Assembly: GCF_021028975.2 (NCBI RefSeq)
Contig: NC_059436.1
Span: 30,628,001 to 30,692,000, forward strand
Reading direction: 5' to 3'
Source: Sphaerodactylus townsendi
Lineage: Eukaryota
Length of the DNA stretch: 64,000 nt
In this document: piece by piece, positions 49,873-62,354 of the stretch
How positions within the stretch are numbered: position 1 is the first letter of the stretch
How the letters are laid out: each line of letters starts with the position of its first letter
Program-made: the position numbers and the translations under genes
The notes under the pieces: model-generated
Seen by the model: the letters and a program-made list of their open reading frames with translations, nothing else
The model's database searches: none
Told to the model about the DNA's origin: nothing

Positions 49873-49964
49873 TAGAGGTGTTCAACTGTGGCGCTTCAGA
49901 TGTTTATGGGCTGATGGGAATTGTAGTCCATGAACATCTGAAACGCCAGAGTTGGACACCCCTT
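49873..49964. mobile_element. hAT MITE (same family as 8088-8206)
   Basis: 8-bp TSD CTTTGAAC at 49865-49872 and 49965-49972. Confidence 0.8.
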
Positions 49965-51329
49965 CTTTGAACTGTCATTGAAACTTAACCAGTAGTTGGA
50001 GTGAGGGGAAGGGCATCCCGCTCTGCTTTCGTGCTCCCTTTTCAGCATAAGGTACAGCAACTTCGGCAAGAGAGTGCAGTTGTCAAGACACCCTGGAGGA
50101 GAGTAAGCTGGCTATGGAGAACGGGGAGTAACATCAACACCACTTCATTGTATCCAGCTTGTTCTTTTGTTTGGCTGCTGCCATGGTAGTGATGGTTTGT
50201 CTTCTATGCAACCAGCTTATTCTTCTCCACACATCAGGGATAAGAGCAGAGGAGGCCGGGGGTGGGGGAGGACATGGACTTGTTAGGTGGAGCTCTTCCA
50301 TTCCTGACACAAAGCTCATAGCTGCTGGAGTTCCTGCTTCAAAGTGTGAACCACCCAATGACCACAAATTCCACCATTAAATGGCCTTGTCCACTTTCCT
50401 GAAACACGGAGCAGGTGCCGCACAGGAACAGTGCCCAGAAGAGCCCATGGTGGCTCTTGAGCCTTAGCATCACTGAAATACAGGGTATCTATAAACAACT
50501 TAAAAATCCTGGGCTGCTTGTGGAAGTTTTTGAAAAGGTGGTAGATATTATTTGGATAAGTACACCCTTTTCAACCACATACAATCAGAAAATTCCACTT
50601 TGTGCCCTTGGGCCAATCTGACTACTACTGTAACGTGCCAGATGTAGGGGCTATCTTAAAGATAACTGAGCCACTTCAGCTGATAGGCAACATGGCTTGA
50701 CATTTGTAAGCCACAGGATTGTACAAATGCATTCAACAGCCGTGGAATACGGACCTACTTCCACGTCCAGTTCAGTAAACTTTATCACCTTTAAGAGCCC
50801 AACCTAACCTGGCGCCTGCTTATCTGAGGAGGAGCATAAACCACTGCAAACAGAGTTCTCTGTTAAGTAGTCTTGCCCCACTTGCCTATTTACTCTCCAC
50901 AACAAACCGGACCTTTTCCTGGGGTCGGGGGTCTGTTCCTAGAGCTCTTAAGCGGTCATTTGGAAACTTTTCTTGGGCCGGTTTCTCCGGGCTGGGGGGA
51001 GGGGCTGGGGTTGACAGTTTTTGCCCCTCACGTTCCGCCCAAATCCATGGAGCTGGTGCCTCACAGGAGCAGATGCCACACACAGGAACAGTGCACAGAA
51101 GAGCCATTGGTGGCTCCTGAACCTCAGTATCACTGAAATACAGGGTATCTAAACAGCTGGCATGGCTGGCATCTTCAAAGGCAGGGCACGGAAAAATGTG
51201 TTAGTGTCGGTTTTATGGGCGATTTTATAATGCTGGGGTTAATCCGGTTAGGCTCGGTATAAACGGGAGATCAGCTGCCTTGCACCGTGTTTCCTTACAT
51301 ATGTGAAGGTTTGAATAATGCAAAAACAG

Positions 51330-51557
51330 CCCTTCTTGCTTGTTAACAGAAACCGTGGCTGAGAACGGCAGTCCACGCAGCCACAACCTTTGCCACCACC
51401 CGCGCAACGCATTTCAGCAGCCGGGACTGGGGCGGCATGGTCCTCCCGCCGCTAAAGGGCGCTAGAGTCACTCTGAGCCCCGGTCTCGATGGCGTTCCAG
51501 CACCAGAGAACGGTTGTGCGCAGGCGCCAACCACGAGTTGGCCGTGGCGGGGTGGTC
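51330..51557 (+). promoter_or_regulatory. CpG-island promoter / 5' UTR of DDX56
   Basis: CpG-rich with GC boxes upstream of gtcATGG. Confidence 0.7.
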
Positions 51558-54500
51558 ATGGCGGAAGCCGAGGCGAGTTTCGCCCACATGGGGCTGGATG
51601 CGCGGCTCTTACAGGTATCCCGGCAGGGTCGGGGGTCCGATCTCGCTTCGTGGGATGGGGAGGGGGCAGCTCCGACGCCTGCACATGACGCTCGCCCCGC
51701 TTTCGTTTCATCCCTAGGCGATAGCAGACCTGGGTTGGGGTAAGCCCACGACGGTGCAGGAGGCTGCCATCCCGCTGGCCCTGGAAGGCAAAGACTTGCT
51801 GTGCCGCGCCAAGACGGGCTCCGGCAAGACGGGGGCCTACGCTTTGCCCCTTCTGCAGGGTCTGTTGAACGCCAAAATGGTGAGGATCGGGGAGGGAAGA
51901 AGAGGGCAGAAAAGAGCCCCGGACCGGACACGGGACCACTTCAATCTTTTATGGTCTGTTTCTCGCGCAGGGCCCCTCGGTGTCTGCGCAGGTGGTGCGC
52001 GTGTTGGTCCTGGTGCCAACCCGTGAGCTAGGCCGGCAAGTAGTCAGCATGCTGCGCCAACTGGCCTCGCACTGTGCCCGCCACGTGCGCTTCGTTGACG
52101 TCTCGGGCTCGGAGGACATGTCTGCCCAGAGGTGAGAGGGAGGAGTGCTTGATGGTCGCCAGGCAACGGCCCTGTGTAATGGTGTGGTGCCCAATATTTC
52201 TTTACCAAGTATCAAGCAAACAGAAGAGAGCTTTAAGTAGTTTTATTTTAAAGAAAGGGGAGACTCTGCCGAAACAGTACATCCACAGCATTTTTATCCC
52301 CTTCTCCTGAATTCGCCACCCCCTCTTCTCTCCCATTGGCTAAGGATACTTAGAGTCACAGCTTTCTGGTCCTCCTGTTTACATGCTCCTCCTTAATATG
52401 TGGCCCCTCCCATATTCTTCCTGTACGTTTATCAGAGCAGGAGGAGAAGTTAATATGTATATTAGCCTATAAAGCATACTCAGTACAAACAATCTGATAC
52501 AAGCCTTGCTCTTCAGCCTGTAGTTGTCCAGCAGTCTTATCTTGTCCTGAAACGAGCATCCTCCCTTTGACTCATCTCCTCATTCCTAGAAGAAAACACT
52601 TTTCTCGTTTATCACAACGGGAAATCCGATATTTTATCTGATTTCGCAGTCTGGAGGGTCTTGATCCCGGATCACTTCCTTTAGCTCTTGTTTTCCAGGC
52701 CCATCTTAATGGAGAAGCCAGATGTGGTTGTGGGCACACCTTCCCGGGTCCTGGCCCATCTGCAAGCACACAACTTGAGCCTGCAGGACTCCCTGGAACT
52801 GCTGGTGCTGGATGAGGCAGACCTGCTTTTTTCCTTTGGCTTTGAGGATGACCTGAAAAGGCTGCTCTGGTGAGGGGGGCGGGGTCTGCATGATAGTATT
52901 GATGTTCTATAGGGGTTCTATTTTGTGTGACTACATAAATGCTCTTATGTGGGGATGAAAGTAATGCAAGAGGAATCATGAACCAAATGTAGCCTTGTCA
53001 GAGAAGAGCGAAAGAATAAGGAATAAGTGAAAGAATAAGGAATAGTTTGTCAAGCACAAGATAATGTTGACATGCAGTAGCAGAATAATGTAGTTTTGTT
53101 GTATTGAGATCCTTTCATAGAAAATGGAAAGTTCTTAATGTAAGGAAATTAATCTTGGCATTGTGTTTTGAAGATGGGCTTGAGAGAAGGAACAAAGAAA
53201 AGCATGTCAGGAGACTTAATGGAAGCCACACTGTCTTACAAATTGAACTTGCTTCTTTGTACAGCAATGACTATCATGTACAGCAATGACTATCATGTAA
53301 ATTATTTTCTTAGTAGTATGTGGAGACCCAAATACTGGACCAGAGGGGCTACAAGGCTGAACTGTAAGCTAATTCTCATTACTTGTTTCTGTTTCCTTTC
53401 CAGCCATTTGCCTAAGATCTACCAGACCTTCCTCATGTCAGCCACCTTCAACGAGGACGTACAAGCGCTGAAGGAACTGGTGCTGCATAATCCTGTAAGA
53501 AAGGGCCTATTTGAGGTAGATTGGAGGTTGAGCGTTCCTTGTGCCACTGGGCTTTGCAGAATAGCAATGGCTGCTTAACTGTCTACTGGTTCCATTGTTC
53601 ACCCCGTTGTTCGAGGATGGATGGCTCAGCAGAAGGGAGCAGAGGACCTGGTCACTCTTCTCAAGTTCATTTGAAAAAAAGAGTCTTATCTGCTCGTGTC
53701 CTCCTGCCCAGGTGACCCTCAAGTTGCAGGAGTCTCAGCTGCCAGACAGCTCCCAGCTCAGCCAGTACCAGATTCGGTGTGAGACGGAGGAGGACAAGTT
53801 CCTGTTGCTCTATGCACTTCTGAAGCTTTCACTGGTGCGGGGGAAAGTCATTCTTTTTGTAAGCACCATTGACCGCTGCTACCGCCTCAAGCTCTTCCTG
53901 GAGCAGTTCAGCATCCCTGCCTGCGTGCTAAACTCAGAGTTACCTGTTCAGTCTAGGTGAGTCTCAGCAGGGCGGGGTGTGTGTGTGTGTGTATATGTGC
54001 ACTTGAAGTCCTTAGAGGGGACCCTTTCCTTGGGGATACCTTGTACTCCTCAGCAACATGTCAAAAGAATGAATTGTGGGAGTTGCATTCTGCCTGGCTA
54101 GGATTTGTGGGGCTGAAACCAAGCGGTCTGTGCACCAGCAGAGTTCCTGGTAGCGCACATTTCCCATAAGCTATGGGGATGGCTCTCTTGTGGCCTTCTG
54201 GGATTGCAAGAGGCCCTGATGGCCAGAGACTCACTGGTACATTTGATTCACTTCCAGGTGTCATATCATCACTCAGTTCAATAAGGGCTTCTATGACTAC
54301 ATTGTTGCCACAGATGAGCAGCACCTGGCAGAACCAGAGGTACTGCAGCAAGGAAAGAAGAAAAAGGGCAGCAAAGCAGCAAAGTAAGTTTGCATTGGCA
54401 GGGTATGCATTTGCTTAGTAGGGAGAGTTTGCAAGATGCAAGTATCAAATAAGAGGCCGAATGCAGCCTGTGCCTTTATCAGTCCTTCGCTGATGCTGCT

Positions 54501-57500
54501 GGTGCTTCTTGGCCCAGCAGGCCTTTCTTCAGGCTTTGTGTTGTGGCCTGGAGGGATCCATTTGAGAGCTCAGGGGCATTGGATTTTTGTCCTAAACTGG
54601 CTGGGCGTGAGTAGTATCTGGGATGTGACTGTCTTGAGTGTCTTCCTGCTGCTTCCCTCCTAGAATCAAAGGCCAAGAATCTGGCGTTGCACGTGGCATT
54701 GACTTCCAGAATGTGTCTGCTGTCATCAACTTTGACTTCCCACCTTCAGTTGAGTCCTACATCCACCGAGCAGGCAGGTCAGTAGCCTGGTAAAGCTTAG
54801 AAATTGATATCTTAAAAAACTGAAAAAGCTTCATGTATTTCCACTGTGGGAATCTGTTTGGGATTTTCCAGAAATTGCTGCCTTGTGAGTTGACCAGGCC
54901 TTTGTGGCTTTTGCATGGATGACATGGAAAGTGCAAACTTTTGGTTCTTAGAATTCCAGTGTAATACAGAAAAGGCAAATTCCAGTACTGTTTTGTGGAG
55001 AGATTTTTCTTTTGTTCTGAAGCTGTGTAGTGACTTGTGTGCTGTACTCCCCCCTGCCACCTTATCTGCATATTGTCTGCTATAATGGACTGGTTATTTC
55101 TCCACAATCAGCAAGAGAGAGGAGGATGCTTGGATTGGTGCTGTAGACAAAACCTGCCACAGATGTAGTTTGTTTACAGATAGAAAATCTATTTTCCATC
55201 TCGTTGGAGGCATGTAGCAACTTGGGACTTCACTGCATACTGTGAATGTGGAGGCCAGGCCATATCAGTGTTCTTATTAGTGGGTTTCAGCTCCAGTGCT
55301 CAGTCTCTACTTACATATGAAGTACTGGCCTATAGTTTCTAGATCTTCCTGTGCTGCTGGGGGGAAGGGGGGGATTCAAGGCTGTCTTCCAGCACATTGA
55401 TCTCAGTTGTGCCCTTTCTTTCCTCTTCCTTGCAGAACAGCTCGTGCCAGCAATCCTGGAACAGCATTAACTTTTGTGTCCTGTTCAGAGAGTGCCCAGC
55501 TGGCCAAGATTGAGGCTGCACTTGTGGGAGGTGAGAGCTGTCAGTTTGTCCCAGGCAGGCGGGTTGTTGAGGTCAGCTAGAGTGGGCCCTGGACAAAAAG
55601 CGATCATCCCTTTCCTGCCAATTCAGGTGTTGCCTTATGGCTATTTAATGCAGTAGTTGCTCCTCTGTAATCAAAATTGTTCTTGTTTGTTCTCCAGAGG
55701 GCAACGCAGTTACCTTACAACCGTACCAGTTCCAGATGGAAGAAATTGAAGGCCTCCGATATCGCTGTCGGGTTAGTGTTTTTGCCTCGGTAGAATCAAA
55801 ATATGAATGGGGGGAATTCGATATCCTAGGCCAGTGGTGGCGAACTCACATTACATGAGGCAATCTGACCCCGGGAAACATTTATCCGGCCCCCTGGGGA
55901 GAAGCGGATCTCCCTCTTCTCTCTCTCCCTTTCCTTCCTCTCCCTTTGGGAGGCCCGTCCCTGCCCCCCTCCCCTTTCCTCCCCCCTCCTCCTCCCTTTC
56001 TTTGCGGCTGCAACTGAGTGAGAGGCGAAGAGTGGGGCCGGGTCCCTCTGTGCCCAGCTGTCCCAGCCCTTTCGCGCCCTCTCCGCCCGCCCTTACGTTG
56101 GCCTGGTGGCAGTGGGAGAGAGCCACCCGTTACAGCCAGGGCTCCACTTGAGCGAAGTGAAGCATGAAGGAGGAGGAGGGTGGCACTCAGATGTTATGGA
56201 CTACATATTCCTCTATTAGCTCCTGCCGAGCTTAGGAGCAGTGGCATGCCCGGAGGAAGGAGGGAGGGGCTGGGTGGGGAGGCGGGGATCATGGCTGCTC
56301 CAGGTAAGCCCCCATGACGCCACTGAATCTAGAAGCCTGGATGCATCAGACCTGAAGAAAGCCGAGCAACTCTTGGGGATTGCTCCCGGAGGCCCAGTGG
56401 CAGTGGCGAAAAGCTGATGGGAGTTGTAGTCCATAACATCTGGAGTCGGAGAACAGCGGTCCCAGACAGAGCTGTGGAGACAGGGCTGAGAGCAATGCTT
56501 GAGGCTTGAGGGCTGAGGCTAGCCTGAAAGAGCCCCAATGGGACCCCCAGACCTGAGTGGCGTGGCCTCTTAAGCTAAGCAATAACCTGCTGGAGCCCAG
56601 CAGTGGGAGCAACAGCAGCTTAGCCGGGGGTGGGCAGCAGCAGCAGCAACAGCCCAGCTACCTTCGCTCCTCACCCAGTTGCCTTAGCTCTGCCGCATAC
56701 GCTTCAGAATACAGCTACAGCCCAGAGCTACAACGAACACTCGCCTTCCACCAACATAGAAAGAAGAAGGAGAGTTTGGAATTTTATCCCCCTTTCTCTC
56801 CTGCAGGAGACTCAAAGGGAGCTTACAATCTCTGCCCTTCCCCCTCACAACAGACACACCCCTGTGAGGTAGGAGGCTAGAGAGGAACTCAAGAGCTGTG
56901 ACTAGCCAAAGGTTCACCACCTGGTGTGTGTGGGAAAGTTTTATAGTCCGGCCCTCCAATGGTCTGAGGGACAGTGAACTGGCCCCCTGTTTTAAAAGTT
57001 TGAGGACCCCTGTCCTAGGGGATTCTCTAGGCAATACAGATTTACACATTCTTTTCCTCCCTACAAAATGGGAAGAGGTGGATGTCATTTCTTTTATGTA
57101 AGGCTGTTTGTGAGTGTGGCTATGAGGCCTGGGCAGAACTTGAGCAAGTGTTGGGAGATGAGATCCACCTGACCATGCTTATTTTTATAAAGGGAGAAAA
57201 GACTTTGACATGATGTTCCCATAGAATTGGCAGAACTGACACTTTGTACTGCTAGTGCTGTTCATTTGGTAGCTTCCTGGCCTCTTCAATATAGGTTTTT
57301 CTTAGTATTTAGAGTGAGATGGAGATTGCCTCGACTTTTCATGTAAAGTGATGCCTTTTGGGGCACTCAGTTGACAGACATATTGCCTGCCTGAATTCCA
57401 AGTAGCGGCAGATTAGAATTAGTAGAATCCGCTAAATTGACATAAATAAACACAATTAATGCACTTTAAGCAAGGGCTGAAAATTTTAAGCTTTTTTTTT

Positions 57501-60323
57501 GCTGCAGGCAAAGGAGGGATTGCCAGACAACAGGGTGGAATGCAGTAGCATCATTGGGTGCACCTGAATTGCTCTCCAGCCCCCATATTATACCTTTACC
57601 TTTATCTACCAGTGGATGCATGTGACCAGGTGGGCAGAGCGGGTGCCTCATGGCTGCTGCATTGCCTGACCTCTGTTCCCTTCTTGCTTTCAGGATGCCA
57701 TGCGTTCAGTCACCAAGCAGGCAATCAAAGAGGCTCGGCTCCAGGAGATTAAGGAGGAACTGCTCAACTCTGAGAAACTGAAGGTATAGCCTTGTGTTAC
57801 ACTGGTCATGGGGGTCTCCCTCTCTCCCCCTGCAATGTTCTGACAGTCTTTTATGGAGATGTGTGTCTTGTTTTTCTAAACATATTTTTCAATTTTCTAG
57901 ACATACTTTGAAGACAACCCCCGGGATCTGAATCTACTGCGCCATGACCAGCCCCTTCACCCAGCCATTGTTAAGCCACACCTGCGCAATATGCCAGAAT
58001 ATTTAGGTAGAGAGCAGAGAAGAGTGTGTGAAAAACTGAATGGATATTATTATGTTTACTGAGAGGTCATATTTCCTGCTTTGAAGAGATGTTGCAGTGC
58101 ATCACAGCTGCAGTATGCCATATGGCATACATCTATCTTTGAACCTCATACTGTTACTTAGAAATTCTCTTGTGTAGAGAAACCTCCAGGGTTCCTGTAT
58201 GAGTGAGGTGTTGACTAAAGAACATTTGTTCACTGTATAGCCCATTGTTCTTTCTGAGACCTCAGGTGAATCCAGATATAAAACCACATGCCTAAAACAT
58301 CCAAAAAACAATGCAGTAGGACTAGGGTTGCAAATTTCTAAGATTAACACAAACCAAAACAACAAAACTTGGCATACAATAAACAGTACAGAAAATGGGT
58401 TATGATAGCAGAAGGCAGTGTTGTAAGACTAAGTAGTAACAAATAAGATAATACAATAAGAGTGCGATAGCCTGCAGTCCTGTTCCCTTTTAAAAAATGC
58501 TGTCCAGAACAGTTTTATTTTACACATTTTGCAGAATGACAGAAGTGTGAATGACTTCTTGCCTTCCTCAGGCTGGTCATTCTGCAAGGTGGAAGCCACA
58601 ACAAACACTGCACTTGTGCAGGCAGTTGTTGATTTTACCCATTTGCTGGGTGGGCATCCTAAGGCTTTGCTCAGATGAGCAAAGCTGTCGCGACAGCACA
58701 ACTGGACTGACAACCCTGTAGATATGTGGACTGCAAGCCTTGAAGGACTTTCTAGATTATTCCCAGTACTTGAACCGAACCTGGTCACTGATCAGTAACC
58801 AGTGGAATAACAGCACGGCAGGTATCCGTGAAGAAGCAAAGCTGATTTTGAACAAGTGTGTAGATGCAATATGACGATAATGAAATCAGCTGCAGTAGAA
58901 GAGGATCGGTATTCTCTTCTGCATCCTGTTTGCAGAGCAGCCAGTAACTCTTGATTTTCTCCACAGTGCCCTCTAGTCTACGAGCTGTTGTACGGCCTTT
59001 CATCGGCAAGCAGAAGTACAGGCGGCGGAAGCCACTTCCATCTCATACTAAGGTTTGTGTTCTTGTGTCTCACTGTCAACCTGGTATCTGACTAACCCTT
59101 CCCTCCCTGATTTTCTTGGTAGTTTTGCCAAGAGGCCCAAGACTGACATAGTTCAGTCTGTACTTAGGCATAGCTAGTAGTGTTGCTATTAATATTGCAA
59201 GGGGTAGCCCTGCAGAAGTGGCCTGGGTCTGTTGGGGGGTTCTCTGGGGTATCATCTATGTTCTAGTGTCCTGTCCTTTGGGGAGGCTTCTCTTCCCAGG
59301 AACACATTCTAAGATTACCTCACTTTATTCAGTTAGAGAAATGGAACCCTTTCTCGGTTCCAAGTTCTTGATCGCAGACAAGAGACTCCTTTAGATACCA
59401 AAATAGAATTAAATCTATTCTTCTGCTGCTTTCTTGCAAGGTTAGAATTAAATTCTTGCAAATAGAATTAAATCTATTCTTCTGCTGCTTTCTTGCAATC
59501 CAAGAAATCCAAGAAATAAGGTTGACTTCCTTATCTAGGCCTTTATTTGGAGCCATCTGTTCCCTGCCACCGATAGCACGATGAAAAATTAAGTGAGAAA
59601 TAATCTGCATGGCTTTGGGTGGCTTCTGGTTCTGGGTATCTAAACTTTGTCTCCACCCCTTGTGGGGAGAGGGTGGGGGACTGACATGGCTGTTGCACTT
59701 AGAATCCTGAAGTTACTGTTCATTTAAGTGGTTTTTACATGGCTTTTCTGTCAAAAGTATCCAAATTTGTTTATGGGTAAGAAAAATAAAAACAACTTGG
59801 ACGACAGCTGCAGCAGAATGACTAAAAAGACAATCAGTGTGGATCAACGGAAGCCTGCAAACAACCAGCTCAAAAAAAAAACCCCTGAGAAGACACTCAA
59901 TCCTAAAAAAGTGGACTGTTGGATTTTCTGTGTCTGAAGCTAGAAAGTGTAAAGCATGTACCAGATCGAGGTCCTGCCTAAGCAGAACTAACAGGACCTC
60001 AGAGGAACATAAATGTCCGAGAATCTGGGACTGAATGAGTCATTCTAGAGACTCTCGGAGACCTGCTATAGGGCTGAATGCATGGAAAAGGGGATGTGAA
60101 TGTGTGGGAGAGAGCTCGAGTCACTTTTGAAAGGTTTCCAGCATAGTGCTCCTGAGTTTCTTGGAAGAAAAGGGCAGCCCTGTGCCCAGGTAAACACTGT
60201 TTGGCACCAGCAGTCTCTCATTCTTCTTTTTCATCCTTGCAGGGCCAGCAGAACCCACTGCGCAGCTTCAGGTACACAAAGCGGAAATTGCAGAATCCAG
60301 CCAAGAGAAAGAAAACCTCCTGA
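51558..60323 (+). CDS. DDX56: DEAD-box RNA helicase 56 (552 aa)
   Basis: 14 exons: 51558-51614, 51718-51879, 51971-52131, 52699-52869, 53404-53494, 53712-53956, 54258-54383, 54664-54777, 55436-55530, 55698-55771, 57694-57783, 57901-58006, 58967-59052, 60243-60323 (1659 nt, all GT-AG, phases consistent). Motifs [33 protein letters not shown]; ATTAAA at 60472. Confidence 0.96.
52175..52647 (-). mobile_element. LTR-like insertion in DDX56 intron 3
   Basis: TG...CA ends with CCAAT, ATAAAAA and AATAAA in LTR order on the minus strand; no clean TSD. Confidence 0.35.
59401..59498. repeat. local ~39-bp duplication with a partial third copy
   Basis: aaatagaattaaatctattcttctgctgctttcttgcaa occurs twice. 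Confidence 0.9.
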
Positions 60324-60660
60324 GTTCCTCACCTTGGTTGACAGTGTTATGTAGGGACGAGAGAGCAATCTGACTGTGGAATCTTCTTCACGCCGGAGTT
60401 GTACTTTTCTGCCAGGATAGGACTCTATATGTCAATACCAAAAGTATGTTCAGGCCTGTAAATATATAGATATTAAAAGACTTGTCTCCTGCCTTTTTCC
60501 TTGGAAGAGGATTAAAATGGCAGAAACCTGTTCAGACTTTTTAGTGTTCAAGTTAACAAATAGACAAAGTGTGTAACAGACTTCTCTCTGAGATACAGCT
60601 CTGAAAATGCCAGCCACAGATGCAGGCAAAACGTTAGGAACAAGATCTACTAGACCACAC

Positions 60661-61376
60661 TTCTTCTTGTCACTCGGAATGGTGGGGCATTATAGAAACA
60701 AAAATCAACAAATTAGGCTACTCTTTGGATTATCTGGCCATGCTACCTTCTAAAGAGACTTTCCAGCTTCTGAGGAGAAGGTTGTTTGACCAGGAACGTC
60801 AGACCCTATTCGAAAAGGCTTCCAGGACTTGCTCTCCTTTAGCTCTAGGCATCACTCTACACTTCGGGTAATAAGCAAAATTGGCTCAATACTCTGCACC
60901 AGATAAATCGTGCTCAGTGCTCCGTGAGAGCAATGATGCTGGCCTCGCGCTGGTAATGCCCCTTCCACTCAGCCGGTGATCGACATAGGAGATATGCCAT
61001 TAAAACCCCTTACCACCTAAGTTGGGCTATGCATACGGAATGGGAACTGTGTAGACTTTATAGATCATATTCTACTTCTATTGTCCACTTTACACAGGAC
61101 CTAGACGTCAAACACCTGTCACCTCTGGCTACCAAAAAAAAGAGTATGCATCTGACTTGCAAAAGATCACCTTTCTGTTGGACAGCTCCAGTAGTGATGT
61201 AAACGATGCAGTCACCAAATTTTTGGACCTGTATATAAAACAACGCTTTAGGAGCAGATCCTGAACATCAGCCTTCTCTACCTGTCCATTTATTTTAGCT
61301 TCCCTCTATTGGGTTAAGTGGATCTATGTATATAATGTTGTAATGCCATTAAAGGTTCTTTGTTTGTTTGTTTGTT
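60661..61376 (+). mobile_element. 5'-truncated LINE (RTE-X-like) inserted in a Penelope-like remnant
   Basis: 13-bp TSD TACTAGACCACAC at 60648-60660 and 61377-61389; attaaagg plus (TTTG)n tail; frameshifted C-terminal Cys/His region (IDHILL..CPLY). Confidence 0.75.
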
Positions 61377-61951
61377 TACTAGACCACACAGCCCGGAAAA
61401 CCAACCACAACCAGTTAACAAATAATGTTACTATAAACCTTTTTTGTTGTTGTTGGTTCTGGAATGACTGAGACGGATCTATTTCCTTCTGATACTGGGG
61501 GCAGACAAAAACATCAGCTTGGTACTGGTGCCAGATATTTCCTGGCTTCTGGCAGCTGCAGAGGAAGGATATTGGTGCAAAGTGACTGTTTTAAGTTATT
61601 CTCTTCCCCGTACCATTGTTGTTCTCCCAAGCCCACTTGCAGCAGTGGAAGGGAGATTACGACTGGTTGTTGGCCAGAAGGTGGTGGTAGTCCTAACATA
61701 GAGTAGCTAAGGATTCCGAGAAGACTTGTACACTTGCCATGAGTCTCTTTCTCAGGCACTGAGTGCTTGCACAAGTTGTTTCACTATCAGTTGTCTCTCT
61801 TTTCTAAATTTGGTTATACCTGTTGATGCCAGCTATGGCTGCTTCTTGAATAATGTTCACATATTCTCTTCAGCAGATTCAATGAGAGTGTGTAGTTCAG
61901 AGTGCCCTTTCAGCATCTGAGCTGTGAACCAGGGTGGTGCTTGGTTTAGAG

Positions 61952-62354
61952 CATAGGTGTCAAACTGCATGCTCCTCCAGATGTTAGTGGATCATTAGTT
62001 TCCATTATCCCCCCCCGCCAGCATGATGCTTGCAGGGGATGATATAGGAACTACGGTAGTTCCCTGAAAATAAGACATCCCCTGAAAATAAGAAGTAGTA
62101 GAGGTTTTGCTGAAGTTCTAAATATAAAGCATCATTTGAGAAAGTAAAGACACCTTAAGTTTTTGTTTGGAGGAAGCATGCCGTCCGAACAGAACACCAG
62201 AGCAATACAGCTGTGGAGGCGGAAAAAACCAAGACATCCCCTGAAAATAAGACATAGCGCATCTTTGGGAGCAAAAATTAATATAAGACTGTCTTATTTT
62301 CAGCGAAACATGGTAGTTCATAACATCTGGAGGGCAACGAGCTTGACACCTATG
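61952..62354. mobile_element. hAT MITE with nested Tigger-like MITE (62054-62313)
   Basis: Outer ends cataggtgtcaa / ttgacacctatg; inner TA-flanked element matches 26077-26307. Confidence 0.8.

Noticed and set aside
51615-60242. Intronic snoRNAs in DDX56
   Set aside because: No convincing C/D box pair with a terminal stem or H/ACA structure seen by eye; an Infernal/Rfam scan would be decisive.
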